Assembly: GCA_044350045.1 (NCBI GenBank)
Contig: JBILIJ010000002.1
Span: forward strand, 49,554 to 113,553
Direction: 5' to 3'
Source: Candidatus Planktophila sp.
GTDB lineage: Bacteria; Actinomycetota; Actinomycetes; Nanopelagicales; Nanopelagicaceae
Length of the DNA stretch: 64,000 nt
Below are positions 30,101 through 37,712 of this stretch, in pieces. A program made the position numbers and the translations under genes. Within the stretch, counting starts at the first letter, position 1. Every line of letters starts with the position of its first letter. The notes below the pieces were generated by a model. That model saw nothing but the letters and a program-made list of their open reading frames with translations, did not search any database and was not told the origin of the DNA.

Positions 30101-30244
30101 GCTGGCCCAGTACTTCTTATTTACGATGGTTCTGTGCGCAGAGGTTGGATCTCACTTCACTTCATCATTCTTCTCACGGTGTTGATTTTTGCAGCTCCTA
30201 GCGGCAGACGTAAGCGCGAAATTTCTGATCGGGAGCTCTCATGA
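27197..30244 (+). CDS. Large multi-TM glycosyltransferase family 2 protein
   Basis: N-terminal GT2 (VVHDGA.WL, WIIHDD, FRDDVDFGWR) followed by many TM helices and an extracytoplasmic C-domain; conserved after whiB. Confidence 0.9.
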   Translation: MSVHRVSAILVVHDGATWLPEVVASLASQTRAIDQLVAVDTGSIDSSAKLLKGARVPVISMPRETGFGAAIASAVEKLPPRAINEWLWIIHDDCAPASGALAALLAAVEERPQVVMAGPKLLGWHDRTHLLEIGVSIASNGARWTGLEESEYDQGQHDGIADVLAVSTAGALIRRDVFEDLGGFDQNLELFRDDVDFGWRVHAAGHSVVVATDAVAYHAQAAATERRSVDVKGAFLHRPLLLDRQNAAYVLLANATWWLLPLLALQLLTSALLRAVGYLFAKLPGYAGDEILAIVNLLIKPGELIKARKDRKATRLVSAQVASQFIPSRGRQLRLALERSRAAIRDLILKPIEKSNAGETLLDLPTESELEEEDLLAPIAARKWRTVFRKPFIVSLIFLTALTVLWSRNRIGAVSGGTLAPSPESAQQLWDFYFAPWHEVGLGSKSASPLWIPLLAIGSLVTFGNVEVFISLFFIATPILLFLSIHHLLKKVSDNRFLTAIAAVLYSISPVAISAVNTGRIGLIVLMVTTPFLIERAFQWRTIESFSVRAISALSLAIAFTFSFAPALLLVLLGLSLAAVVRDFDSFRIDQDQQLLNSRLARRAALFFTPILLTLPWSFELLSSPRTLLLDIGLLSSGGGPNLAFLANPGGAGSLPWWLISPVTFVLLVALFSANRARQVAVIGGSLIVSGTFLSIFSLAGKGTGASSPVYAGVFIALATLAATYAAVGILNSVREKLISTHLNYRHLAASTLVFASMAYAIGASTWIVGQAPQAPLQSAQGEVLPPFLAIESQSKTLVIRERVIESVPSLNYYIARGGDVSLGEADVVPREVPEIELAVTGLADGSGIASSKVLGSFGITYVFLKAPSQGTLVQTIDGLGGFIRASSTDVGIVWKVAGATGNLVLTDVSGKSVQLKPTSVPDEYLVPTPGVVTLTQSYSRSWYLVQDGKRLTRIQSELSLPQFSVEAAGPVLLIYDGSVRRGWISLHFIILLTVLIFAAPSGRRKREISDRELS

Positions 30245-31542
30245 AGATGAAGCGTCCGATAGCCATCGCATCAATTGCAGTCATCACCTTGATATTGAGC
30301 AATCTCACGCAGGGAACAGTGAGTAAAAAAGATTTCTCAGAAAGCTATCCGCCTGTTGTCTGCCCAGCTACTCCTTCCGGAGAAACGAGTGCAGTCTCTC
30401 TCCCTTCAACCCAGACCGGATTGCGAGTCTTGGGCAAGAGCTCCAATATTTTTAAACCTGCGCGCACATTGAGGCTGCAACAAGGTAGTAAACCCACAAT
30501 TGTAGATACAAAGAATATGACATCACCGGTATGGCAGATCAAAAGAGGTGTTTGGGCTGGTGCAACAATCTGCTCTGCGCCCTCAATTTCACAATGGTTT
30601 GTTGGCGGCAATGCAGATGTATCCAGTAAGGGAAAGCTGTTGCTCATTAATAGTGGCTTGAGCGAAGCGATTATAGATGTTGGTGTGTGGAGTGAATCAG
30701 GAGTTCGTCCATCACGTGTTATTACCTTGAAAGCTAATTCATCGGTTGCCCAATCGTTAGCCTCACTTGATCCGGGTTCTAAAAATCTGACCCTTCACGT
30801 CAGTCCTCGCTCAGGTCGTGTCAATGCATTTATGATTGACGAAAGAGGTCGTGGACTTCGTGCACTTGGCGGCGATGTGGTTAACGCAACTACTGATCCA
30901 AGTACGGTCATTGTTATTCCCGCAATTCCCCAGATGAATCGATCTGGAAAGCCACTTGGCCACAAGCTGCGACTTTTAACCCCCGGTGATCTCCCTGCTC
31001 AAATTTCAGTTGAATTGATTTCACGTAAGGGCTCTTTTATTCCATTTGGATTAGACCAACGAATGATTAAAGCCGGAGTTGTTACTGAGTTAGATCTTGA
31101 TCCGCAGTTATCTCCAGGTACCTTCGCTCTCAGAATTTCCTCCGATAGACCGATCGTTGGCTCTGTTTACTCTCCAACTTTCTCGCTAGGAAAAACTGAT
31201 TTCGTGTGGAGTACAGCAACTGATTTCATGAGCGAATACTCCTTAGCCGTAAGTGGGATAGCACCCCTGCTCTCCTTCACGGGGGATAAAATCTCCATTT
31301 CGATGACAGTCACCTTTATCAATAAGAAAGAGAAAAATTTTGTAATTGAAGGCGACGCGGTAGCCACATTTAGAGTCCCCGATAACGCAAGAACAGTTGT
31401 TTTCAATAGAGTCTCAAGTAAAACCTATGGTGGAGCTCTCATTGCGACTCAAAGTGGGTACGGATTCTTCCCGTTGATACCTGGAAGTCAACTGACTCGA
31501 GTTCTACTTCCCAGCCCAAATATTCGTGTCTTAAATCCTTAG
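30241..31542 (+). CDS. Secreted protein, DUF5719-like
   Basis: N-terminal anchor, VVCP, C..P...QWFVGG, L.L.N motif; syntenic after the large GT2. Confidence 0.75.
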   Translation: MKMKRPIAIASIAVITLILSNLTQGTVSKKDFSESYPPVVCPATPSGETSAVSLPSTQTGLRVLGKSSNIFKPARTLRLQQGSKPTIVDTKNMTSPVWQIKRGVWAGATICSAPSISQWFVGGNADVSSKGKLLLINSGLSEAIIDVGVWSESGVRPSRVITLKANSSVAQSLASLDPGSKNLTLHVSPRSGRVNAFMIDERGRGLRALGGDVVNATTDPSTVIVIPAIPQMNRSGKPLGHKLRLLTPGDLPAQISVELISRKGSFIPFGLDQRMIKAGVVTELDLDPQLSPGTFALRISSDRPIVGSVYSPTFSLGKTDFVWSTATDFMSEYSLAVSGIAPLLSFTGDKISISMTVTFINKKEKNFVIEGDAVATFRVPDNARTVVFNRVSSKTYGGALIATQSGYGFFPLIPGSQLTRVLLPSPNIRVLNP

Positions 31543-31570
31543 TCCTACTCACGTCCACTAATCTTTACCT

Positions 31571-31948
31571 ATGTCATCAGTAAAGAGATCAGGCAGAGGA
31601 TGCTCGCGTGCAACCTGCCATGCGATGGCAACTATGACGCTGACATATATTTACTCAGAATCAACCGCTGTTCTTGGAACCCTTGCAACTTTTGCTGAGC
31701 CACATGCCTACGACCTTTGTGAAATTCACGCCCGTAAATTAACCGTGCCGAATGGTTGGAGCGTCATAAAGGAAGAGATTTCTAAATCTGGATCAGGGCC
31801 AACCGAGGATGACCTCATGGCGATAGCAGATGCTGTTCGTGAAGCGGCCGCATCTCTCCCAGCCAGCAGCGAGAATCTGACTGAGCGCATCCATCACTCT
31901 GCACAGATTGGCGCTCGTCGGGGCCATCTGCGCGCTGTTCCGAATTAG
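31571..31948 (+). CDS. DUF3499 domain protein
   Basis: CSR..C..A..TLTY.Y..STAVLG.LA...EPHAYDLC..HA..LT.P.GW; DDL.A.ADAVREA; RRGHLR. Confidence 0.93.
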   Translation: MSSVKRSGRGCSRATCHAMATMTLTYIYSESTAVLGTLATFAEPHAYDLCEIHARKLTVPNGWSVIKEEISKSGSGPTEDDLMAIADAVREAAASLPASSENLTERIHHSAQIGARRGHLRAVPN

Positions 31949-31959
31949 TAAAAACTTTC

Positions 31960-33309
31960 GTGTCAATCTTTAAGGCCTACGACATCCGTGGGCTTGTTGA
32001 CGAGGAGATCACACCTGACTTCTGTTTTGCCACGGGTGTTGCTCTTGCGAGATTTCTCAAAGGAGAACGTGAGCCAGGAACAGTCGTTATTGGTGAGGAT
32101 ATGCGTCCATCATCTCCGATCTTTGCAACAGCCTTTTCTGCAGGTATTACGTCACAAGGTTTAGATGTTATTCGAATAGGACTGGCATCGACGGATATGC
32201 TCTATTTTGCTTCTGGGAAATTGAATATGCCTGGAGCCATGTTTACGGCAAGTCATAATCCAGCCGAGTACAACGGAATTAAATTCTGCTTAAGTGGAGC
32301 TCGACCTATTGGGCGCGAGTCAGGTCTACTCACAATTGAGAAATTTCTCAACGAGGGCTCGCCTCTTGGAATAGGCGCTATCGGTGTTGAAAAAGAAGAA
32401 AATTTGCTCGATGCCTACGTAGAGCATCTCTTCACCCTGGTTAATCTCACAGATATGTCTCCATTAAAGGTTGTGATTGATGCAGGAAATGGAATGGCCG
32501 GATTTACAGCCCCGGCCGTTTTTAAGCAACTTAATGTTGAAGTGATTGAGATGTACTTCGAACTTGACGGGACTTTTCCCAACCATGAAGCCAACCCAAT
32601 TGATCCAAAGAATTTAAAGGATCTCTCTGTTGCGGTAAAGAAGAACAAGGCCGATATTGGCTTAGCTTTCGATGGGGATGCTGATCGTTGCTTCTTGGTT
32701 GATGAAAAAGGAGATCTTGTAAATCCATCAGCACTTACCGCCCTCATTGCAGATCGTGAGCTAGCAAAAAATCCTGGAGCAAGCATTATTTATAACCTAA
32801 TCTCCTCTCGCACCGTAAGAGAAGTAATTGAAGAAAATGGTGGAACTGCCGTGAGATCCCGCGTGGGTCACTCATATATTAAAAAGCTCATGGCAGAAAC
32901 GGGTGCGGTATTCGGAGGAGAGCACTCTGGCCATTTCTACTTTAAAGATTTTTGGCGAGCAGACTCTGGAATGCTTGCAGCTCTTCACGCCCTGGCAGCA
33001 CTTTCTCAATCAGGAGAAAAGTTGAGTCAACTGCTGCAGAGTTACAATCGCTACGTATCAAGCGGTGAAATCAATTCTGTTGTGCAGGATGCAGTTACTG
33101 TAATCTCAGAAATCGAATCACACTATGCCTCAATGAGTGGGATAACAATTGACCATCTTGACGGCCTCACCGTAGAGAGCGCTGACTGGTGGTTTAACGT
33201 CAGAGCCTCAAACACTGAACCTCTACTACGGCTCAACGTTGAAGCCACCACACAAACCCTCATGAATAAAATTCGCCTGCAGGCACTTGCCCTCATAGGT
33301 GGCAAGTAG
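31960..33309 (+). CDS. manB: Phosphomannomutase/phosphoglucomutase
   Basis: FKAYDIRG, TASHNP, FDGDADR, GEHSGH, R.SNTEP.LRLNVE. Confidence 0.93.
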   Translation: MSIFKAYDIRGLVDEEITPDFCFATGVALARFLKGEREPGTVVIGEDMRPSSPIFATAFSAGITSQGLDVIRIGLASTDMLYFASGKLNMPGAMFTASHNPAEYNGIKFCLSGARPIGRESGLLTIEKFLNEGSPLGIGAIGVEKEENLLDAYVEHLFTLVNLTDMSPLKVVIDAGNGMAGFTAPAVFKQLNVEVIEMYFELDGTFPNHEANPIDPKNLKDLSVAVKKNKADIGLAFDGDADRCFLVDEKGDLVNPSALTALIADRELAKNPGASIIYNLISSRTVREVIEENGGTAVRSRVGHSYIKKLMAETGAVFGGEHSGHFYFKDFWRADSGMLAALHALAALSQSGEKLSQLLQSYNRYVSSGEINSVVQDAVTVISEIESHYASMSGITIDHLDGLTVESADWWFNVRASNTEPLLRLNVEATTQTLMNKIRLQALALIGGK

Positions 33310-33317
33310 CCACCTTT
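33297..33317 (+). terminator. Hairpin over the manB stop (possible terminator)
   Basis: AGGTGGC-AAGTA-GCCACCT perfect 7-bp stem, followed only by a short T run. Confidence 0.45.
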
Positions 33318-33407
33318 GCCAGTAATCTGAGCACACAGCAACCTAGCAAGTAGAGCCCTACGCCTTAGGTAAGCACTTAATCACCTACCGTGTAGAGGAG
33401 AATAGTT

Positions 33408-34688
33408 ATGACTACTACAGAAACAACACCCAAGCATGACATCGCTGATGCATCTTTAGCAGCTGAAGGTCGCAAGCGCATCGAATGGGCTGAGCGCAAT
33501 ATGCCAGTACTAGCTCAGATCAGAGAGCGTTTTGAAAAATCACAGCCATTTACTGGAGTTCGCATAGCAGCATGTATGCACGTCACCACCGAAACAGCTA
33601 ACTTGATGCGCGTCCTTAAAGCAGGCGGAGCAGATATTGCACTCTGTGCATCGAATCCGCTCTCAACTCAGGATGATACTGCTGCCGCTCTTGTGCACGA
33701 ATATGGCATCTCAGTCTTTGCTCGTAATGCAGTTGATCGCGATGGTTATTACTCACACATCAACGCAGCCCTTGATATAGAACCACACCAAGTTTTCGAT
33801 GATGGATGCGATCTAGTTAATACATTGCACACAACACGTCGTGAACTTCTTCCAACAATTGCCGGTGGTTGCGAAGAAACCACAACTGGAGTTATCCGAC
33901 TAAATCAGATGGCCAAAGATGGCGCACTGACATTTCCAATGATCGCCGTTAACGATACAGATACAAAACATATGTTTGATAATCGTTATGGAACAGGTCA
34001 ATCAACACTTGACGCAGTCTTTCGTGCGACAAACTTCTTGCTTGCAGGACGAGTAGTTGTTGTAGCAGGTTTTGGATATTGCGGAAAAGGCGTAGCAGAA
34101 CGTGCCAAGGGAATGGGCGCTGATGTTGTCGTAACCGAAATTGATCCAACCAAGGCACTCGATGCCATGATGCAGGGCTTCCGAGTGATGCCAATGCTAG
34201 ACGCTGCAAAAATCGGAGATGTCTTTATTACCGTTACAGGTAACCGTGACGTACTTCGCGACGAGCACTTTGCAGTCATGAAGGATGGATCCATCATGGC
34301 TAACTCAGGTCACTTTGATATTGAGATCGATGTTGCTTGGCTAGAGCAGAACTCAAAGAAGAAGAATTCAAAGATGCGTCATCAGACTGATGAATATGTC
34401 CTTGCTGATGGGCGTCGACTTCTTCTTCTCGCAGAAGGCCGCTTAGTAAACCTCGGTGCCGCAGAGGGTCATCCTGCTTCAGTGATGGATATGTCATTCT
34501 CTGATCAAGCCCTCACTGCTGAATACCTAGTTAAGGAAGCAAAGAACCTTAAGGCCGGTGTTCACATGGTTCCGGAATACATTGATAAAGAAGTTGCTTC
34601 ACTCAAGCTAATCAGCATGGGTGGTCGCATCGATGTTCTTACGCCTGCTCAAGATATGTATTTGAACTCTTGGGAGCACGGTAGCTAA
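33408..34688 (+). CDS. ahcY: Adenosylhomocysteinase
   Basis: [59 protein letters not shown]. Confidence 0.97.
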   Translation: MTTTETTPKHDIADASLAAEGRKRIEWAERNMPVLAQIRERFEKSQPFTGVRIAACMHVTTETANLMRVLKAGGADIALCASNPLSTQDDTAAALVHEYGISVFARNAVDRDGYYSHINAALDIEPHQVFDDGCDLVNTLHTTRRELLPTIAGGCEETTTGVIRLNQMAKDGALTFPMIAVNDTDTKHMFDNRYGTGQSTLDAVFRATNFLLAGRVVVVAGFGYCGKGVAERAKGMGADVVVTEIDPTKALDAMMQGFRVMPMLDAAKIGDVFITVTGNRDVLRDEHFAVMKDGSIMANSGHFDIEIDVAWLEQNSKKKNSKMRHQTDEYVLADGRRLLLLAEGRLVNLGAAEGHPASVMDMSFSDQALTAEYLVKEAKNLKAGVHMVPEYIDKEVASLKLISMGGRIDVLTPAQDMYLNSWEHGS

Positions 34689-35374
34689 TGACCTTAGTCA
34701 TGGTCGTCGATGACGACCAGGATCTTGCGGAGATGCTCGGCATCGTTTTAACCGGTGCCGGCATCGACGTAGATCTAGTTAGTCGTGGGGACGAGGTCAT
34801 GGATGTTTTTCGGAGCAATCCACCTGACCTCGTACTTCTGGATGTGATGTTGCCGGGTCTAGATGGAGTTGAAGTATGTAAATTGATTCGCGCTGAATCG
34901 ATGGTTCCAATCGTGATGCTCAGCGCTAAAGGTGATACCCAAGATATTGTCGCTGGGCTTGAAGCCGGAGCAGATGATTACATGGTGAAACCTTTTAAAC
35001 ACCCTACAGAATTAATCGCCCGTATACGCACACGGTTGCGCCGAACAAATGCTGATCAAAAAGGTTTACTCGCAATCGGTGATTTGATAATTGATGTCAC
35101 TGCGCACGAGGTCAAGCGGGGGAGTAAAGGTATTGCGCTTACTCGCCTTGAATTCGATCTTCTTGTAGCTCTTGCAAAAGAGCCGGGCAGAGTTTTTACG
35201 CGGGATTCCCTGTTGAGTGAAGTGTGGGGATATCGTCATTCGACAGATACACGCTTAGTAAACGTACATGTGCAGCGACTTCGCTCGAAGGTTGAGCACG
35301 ATCCAGAGAGCCCCAGGATAGTAACGACAGTGCGTGGGATCGGATATAAAGCTGGAGTTACGGAAGAATCCTGA
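34688..35374 (+). CDS. mtrA: Response regulator MtrA
   Basis: VVDDD..LAEML.IVL, LEFDLLVALA, VWGYRH..DTRLVNVHVQRLRSKVEHDPE.P. Confidence 0.95.
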   Translation: MTLVMVVDDDQDLAEMLGIVLTGAGIDVDLVSRGDEVMDVFRSNPPDLVLLDVMLPGLDGVEVCKLIRAESMVPIVMLSAKGDTQDIVAGLEAGADDYMVKPFKHPTELIARIRTRLRRTNADQKGLLAIGDLIIDVTAHEVKRGSKGIALTRLEFDLLVALAKEPGRVFTRDSLLSEVWGYRHSTDTRLVNVHVQRLRSKVEHDPESPRIVTTVRGIGYKAGVTEES

Positions 35375-36942
35375 TGCGGTTTCAACGTTCGCCTCTTGCG
35401 CAATCCCTGGCTGCAAAAGTCATTCTCTCTACAGTGCTTCTTTCGCTAGTTGTTGTATGGCTAACGGGATCAGCACTCTACTCCCAACTCTCAGATGGCA
35501 TAGAGAAGGTAAGCCTGGAAACCTCTCTCTCTGATGCACGATCTATTTTTTATAATGCTCGTTATCAATTGTTGTTAGTTAATGGAGAGCCAAGTGATGT
35601 CGTAAAAGAGAGTGTCGATGAGATTATTACAACCTCAATTTCATTCGGTGCGATCGAAAGCTCCCGTGAGCTTATTTTGATAAAGTTATTTAACAAGAGC
35701 GAAGTCCAAAGTAATTCACCAAGGCCTGATTATAGTTTCGCCACAAATGCCCTATTAGCTTCAACAATTCCTCTAAATTTGAGGGATGAGATTTCTGATT
35801 CTGCCGAACTCGCCTATCAATTCGCCCCTCTGACCTACACTAACGGCACAACGATTGATGCCCTCTTTGTTGGTCAGCGCCTAACAATCCCGACATCTGG
35901 CCAGTACGAAATGTATTTAGTTTTTACCCTAGCCAATCAACGCGCAACCCTAGATCTGGTCCAGAATTCATTGTTTTTAACTGGAATTGTTCTATTGCTA
36001 CTTATCGGATTAATTACCTATCTAGTTGTTAGACAAGTGGTGCGACCAGTCCGAGAAGCCGCTCGCGTAGCAAGCCTTTTTACAAAAGGTGATTTCACTC
36101 AGCGGCTACGAGTTAAAAACAGTGACGAGATCGCAACATTAGGAAATGCCTTTAATGATATGGCGGCATCCCTTGAAGGGCAGATTGGCCGTCTTGAAAA
36201 TCTTTCAAAGGTGCAACAACGATTTGTTTCAGATGTTTCTCATGAGCTGCGCACACCTTTAACAACGCTGCGAATGGCATCAGATGTGATTTATGCCCAG
36301 CGTGGGGAATTTGATCCTGCGATTGCTCGAAGTGCAGAGCTGCTTATCGCGCAGATCGATCGCTTCGAAAAGCTCTTGCAGGAGCTGTTGGAGGTTAGTC
36401 GATTTGATGCAGAAGTCGCCGTTCTTGAGCCAACTGACTTTGAACTCACCGCACTGGTTCGTCGCTGTGTTACAGATCTTGGAATCAACCTAGAAGCACC
36501 GGATTCACAGATCACTTTTATTGCTCCCAGATACCCGGTACATATCAGAGCGGATTTTCGGCGCGTTGAAAGAATTATGCGAAACCTCATCTCTAACGCC
36601 CTCGATCATTCAGATGGAAAACCGATAGAAATTGAATGTGTTGAAACTGGCACTGACGTTGCAGTGAGCGTCCGAGATCACGGTGAAGGCATGGAAGAAG
36701 CTTCGCTCACCCGAGTCTTTGACCGATTTTGGCGTGCTGATCCATCTCGTGCCAGAACGCGTGGCGGCACTGGCCTTGGCCTTTCAATCGCGCTGGAAGA
36801 TGCACGACTTCATAATGGTGAACTTGATGCCTGGGGTGCCATTGGCGACGGAGCAAATTTTGTTTTAACACTTCCACGCATCGCAGGTAATCAGATTGTG
36901 GCACGACCACTTCCAGTCAATCCACACAGGAGGAACGCGTAA
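35374..36942 (+). CDS. mtrB: Sensor histidine kinase MtrB
   Basis: Two TM segments, HAMP, QQRFVSDVSHELRTPLTT, RFWRADPSRAR..GGTGLGL.IA.EDA.LH. Confidence 0.94.
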   Translation: MRFQRSPLAQSLAAKVILSTVLLSLVVVWLTGSALYSQLSDGIEKVSLETSLSDARSIFYNARYQLLLVNGEPSDVVKESVDEIITTSISFGAIESSRELILIKLFNKSEVQSNSPRPDYSFATNALLASTIPLNLRDEISDSAELAYQFAPLTYTNGTTIDALFVGQRLTIPTSGQYEMYLVFTLANQRATLDLVQNSLFLTGIVLLLLIGLITYLVVRQVVRPVREAARVASLFTKGDFTQRLRVKNSDEIATLGNAFNDMAASLEGQIGRLENLSKVQQRFVSDVSHELRTPLTTLRMASDVIYAQRGEFDPAIARSAELLIAQIDRFEKLLQELLEVSRFDAEVAVLEPTDFELTALVRRCVTDLGINLEAPDSQITFIAPRYPVHIRADFRRVERIMRNLISNALDHSDGKPIEIECVETGTDVAVSVRDHGEGMEEASLTRVFDRFWRADPSRARTRGGTGLGLSIALEDARLHNGELDAWGAIGDGANFVLTLPRIAGNQIVARPLPVNPHRRNA

Positions 36943-36977
36943 GAAATTGTTGGTCAAGATGAACCACAATTATCATA

Positions 36978-37637
36978 GTGATTTCATTTTCATCTTTATC
37001 AGAGATAATCTTTCCCTCACGGTGTCTAGGTTGCCGACAGCTTGGAATTCAAATTTGCTCACAATGCCGCGCCTTATGGAATCCGCATATATATCGCACG
37101 CAAATAGTCTCTGAGGTCAACGCCTTTCCGGTCTACTCTGCTGTTGAATATTCAAGTGTTGCGCAACGAGTCCTACTCAGTTCAAAAGAGTCAGGATTAA
37201 TTGATGCAGATCAACTCATTATCCAAGCTCTCTCACATAGCCTGAGTTATATGTATGGAGAGCAAGGCATTGCAGACCTTGTTCCTGTACCTTCGCGGAA
37301 ATCTGCTACCCGCAGACGTGGAAGAAATTTTATTTTGACGCACACCATTGAATTATCAAAAGATCCGAAAGTACTCACGCGTCCGCTTTTACGCCATACA
37401 CGTCGGATTCAGGATCAATCCTTACTTAGCGCTACCGAGAGGCAGAGCAATCTCAGTGGCTCACTCGTTTGCAAAGAGAAGGCAGAGGGGTTACGCACCC
37501 CCATAATAATTGTCGACGATGTAGTGACGACGGGGGCGACCCTGCGAGAGGCGGGAAGGGCCCTGCATGCAGGGGGTTTTACTGTAATCGGCGCAATTAC
37601 TGCCTGCGTGGCAAAACCCCTACGATATACCCAGTGA
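36978..37637 (+). CDS. comF: ComF family protein (zinc ribbon + PRTase)
   Basis: C..C...C..C, VPVPS....RRRG.N, IIVDDVVTTGATL. Confidence 0.88.
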   Translation: MISFSSLSEIIFPSRCLGCRQLGIQICSQCRALWNPHIYRTQIVSEVNAFPVYSAVEYSSVAQRVLLSSKESGLIDADQLIIQALSHSLSYMYGEQGIADLVPVPSRKSATRRRGRNFILTHTIELSKDPKVLTRPLLRHTRRIQDQSLLSATERQSNLSGSLVCKEKAEGLRTPIIIVDDVVTTGATLREAGRALHAGGFTVIGAITACVAKPLRYTQ

Positions 37638-37712
37638 AACAAGGGACCCCCCTTGCATCAGTGTTTAAAGTAACCGGGCTCAACGGAGTACGAATTCTTT
37701 GAAAGGTTTTTG

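Noticed and set aside
33310-33407. Canonical SAH riboswitch upstream of ahcY
   Set aside because: The conserved SAH riboswitch core could not be matched by eye, so it is kept only as a candidate structured leader.
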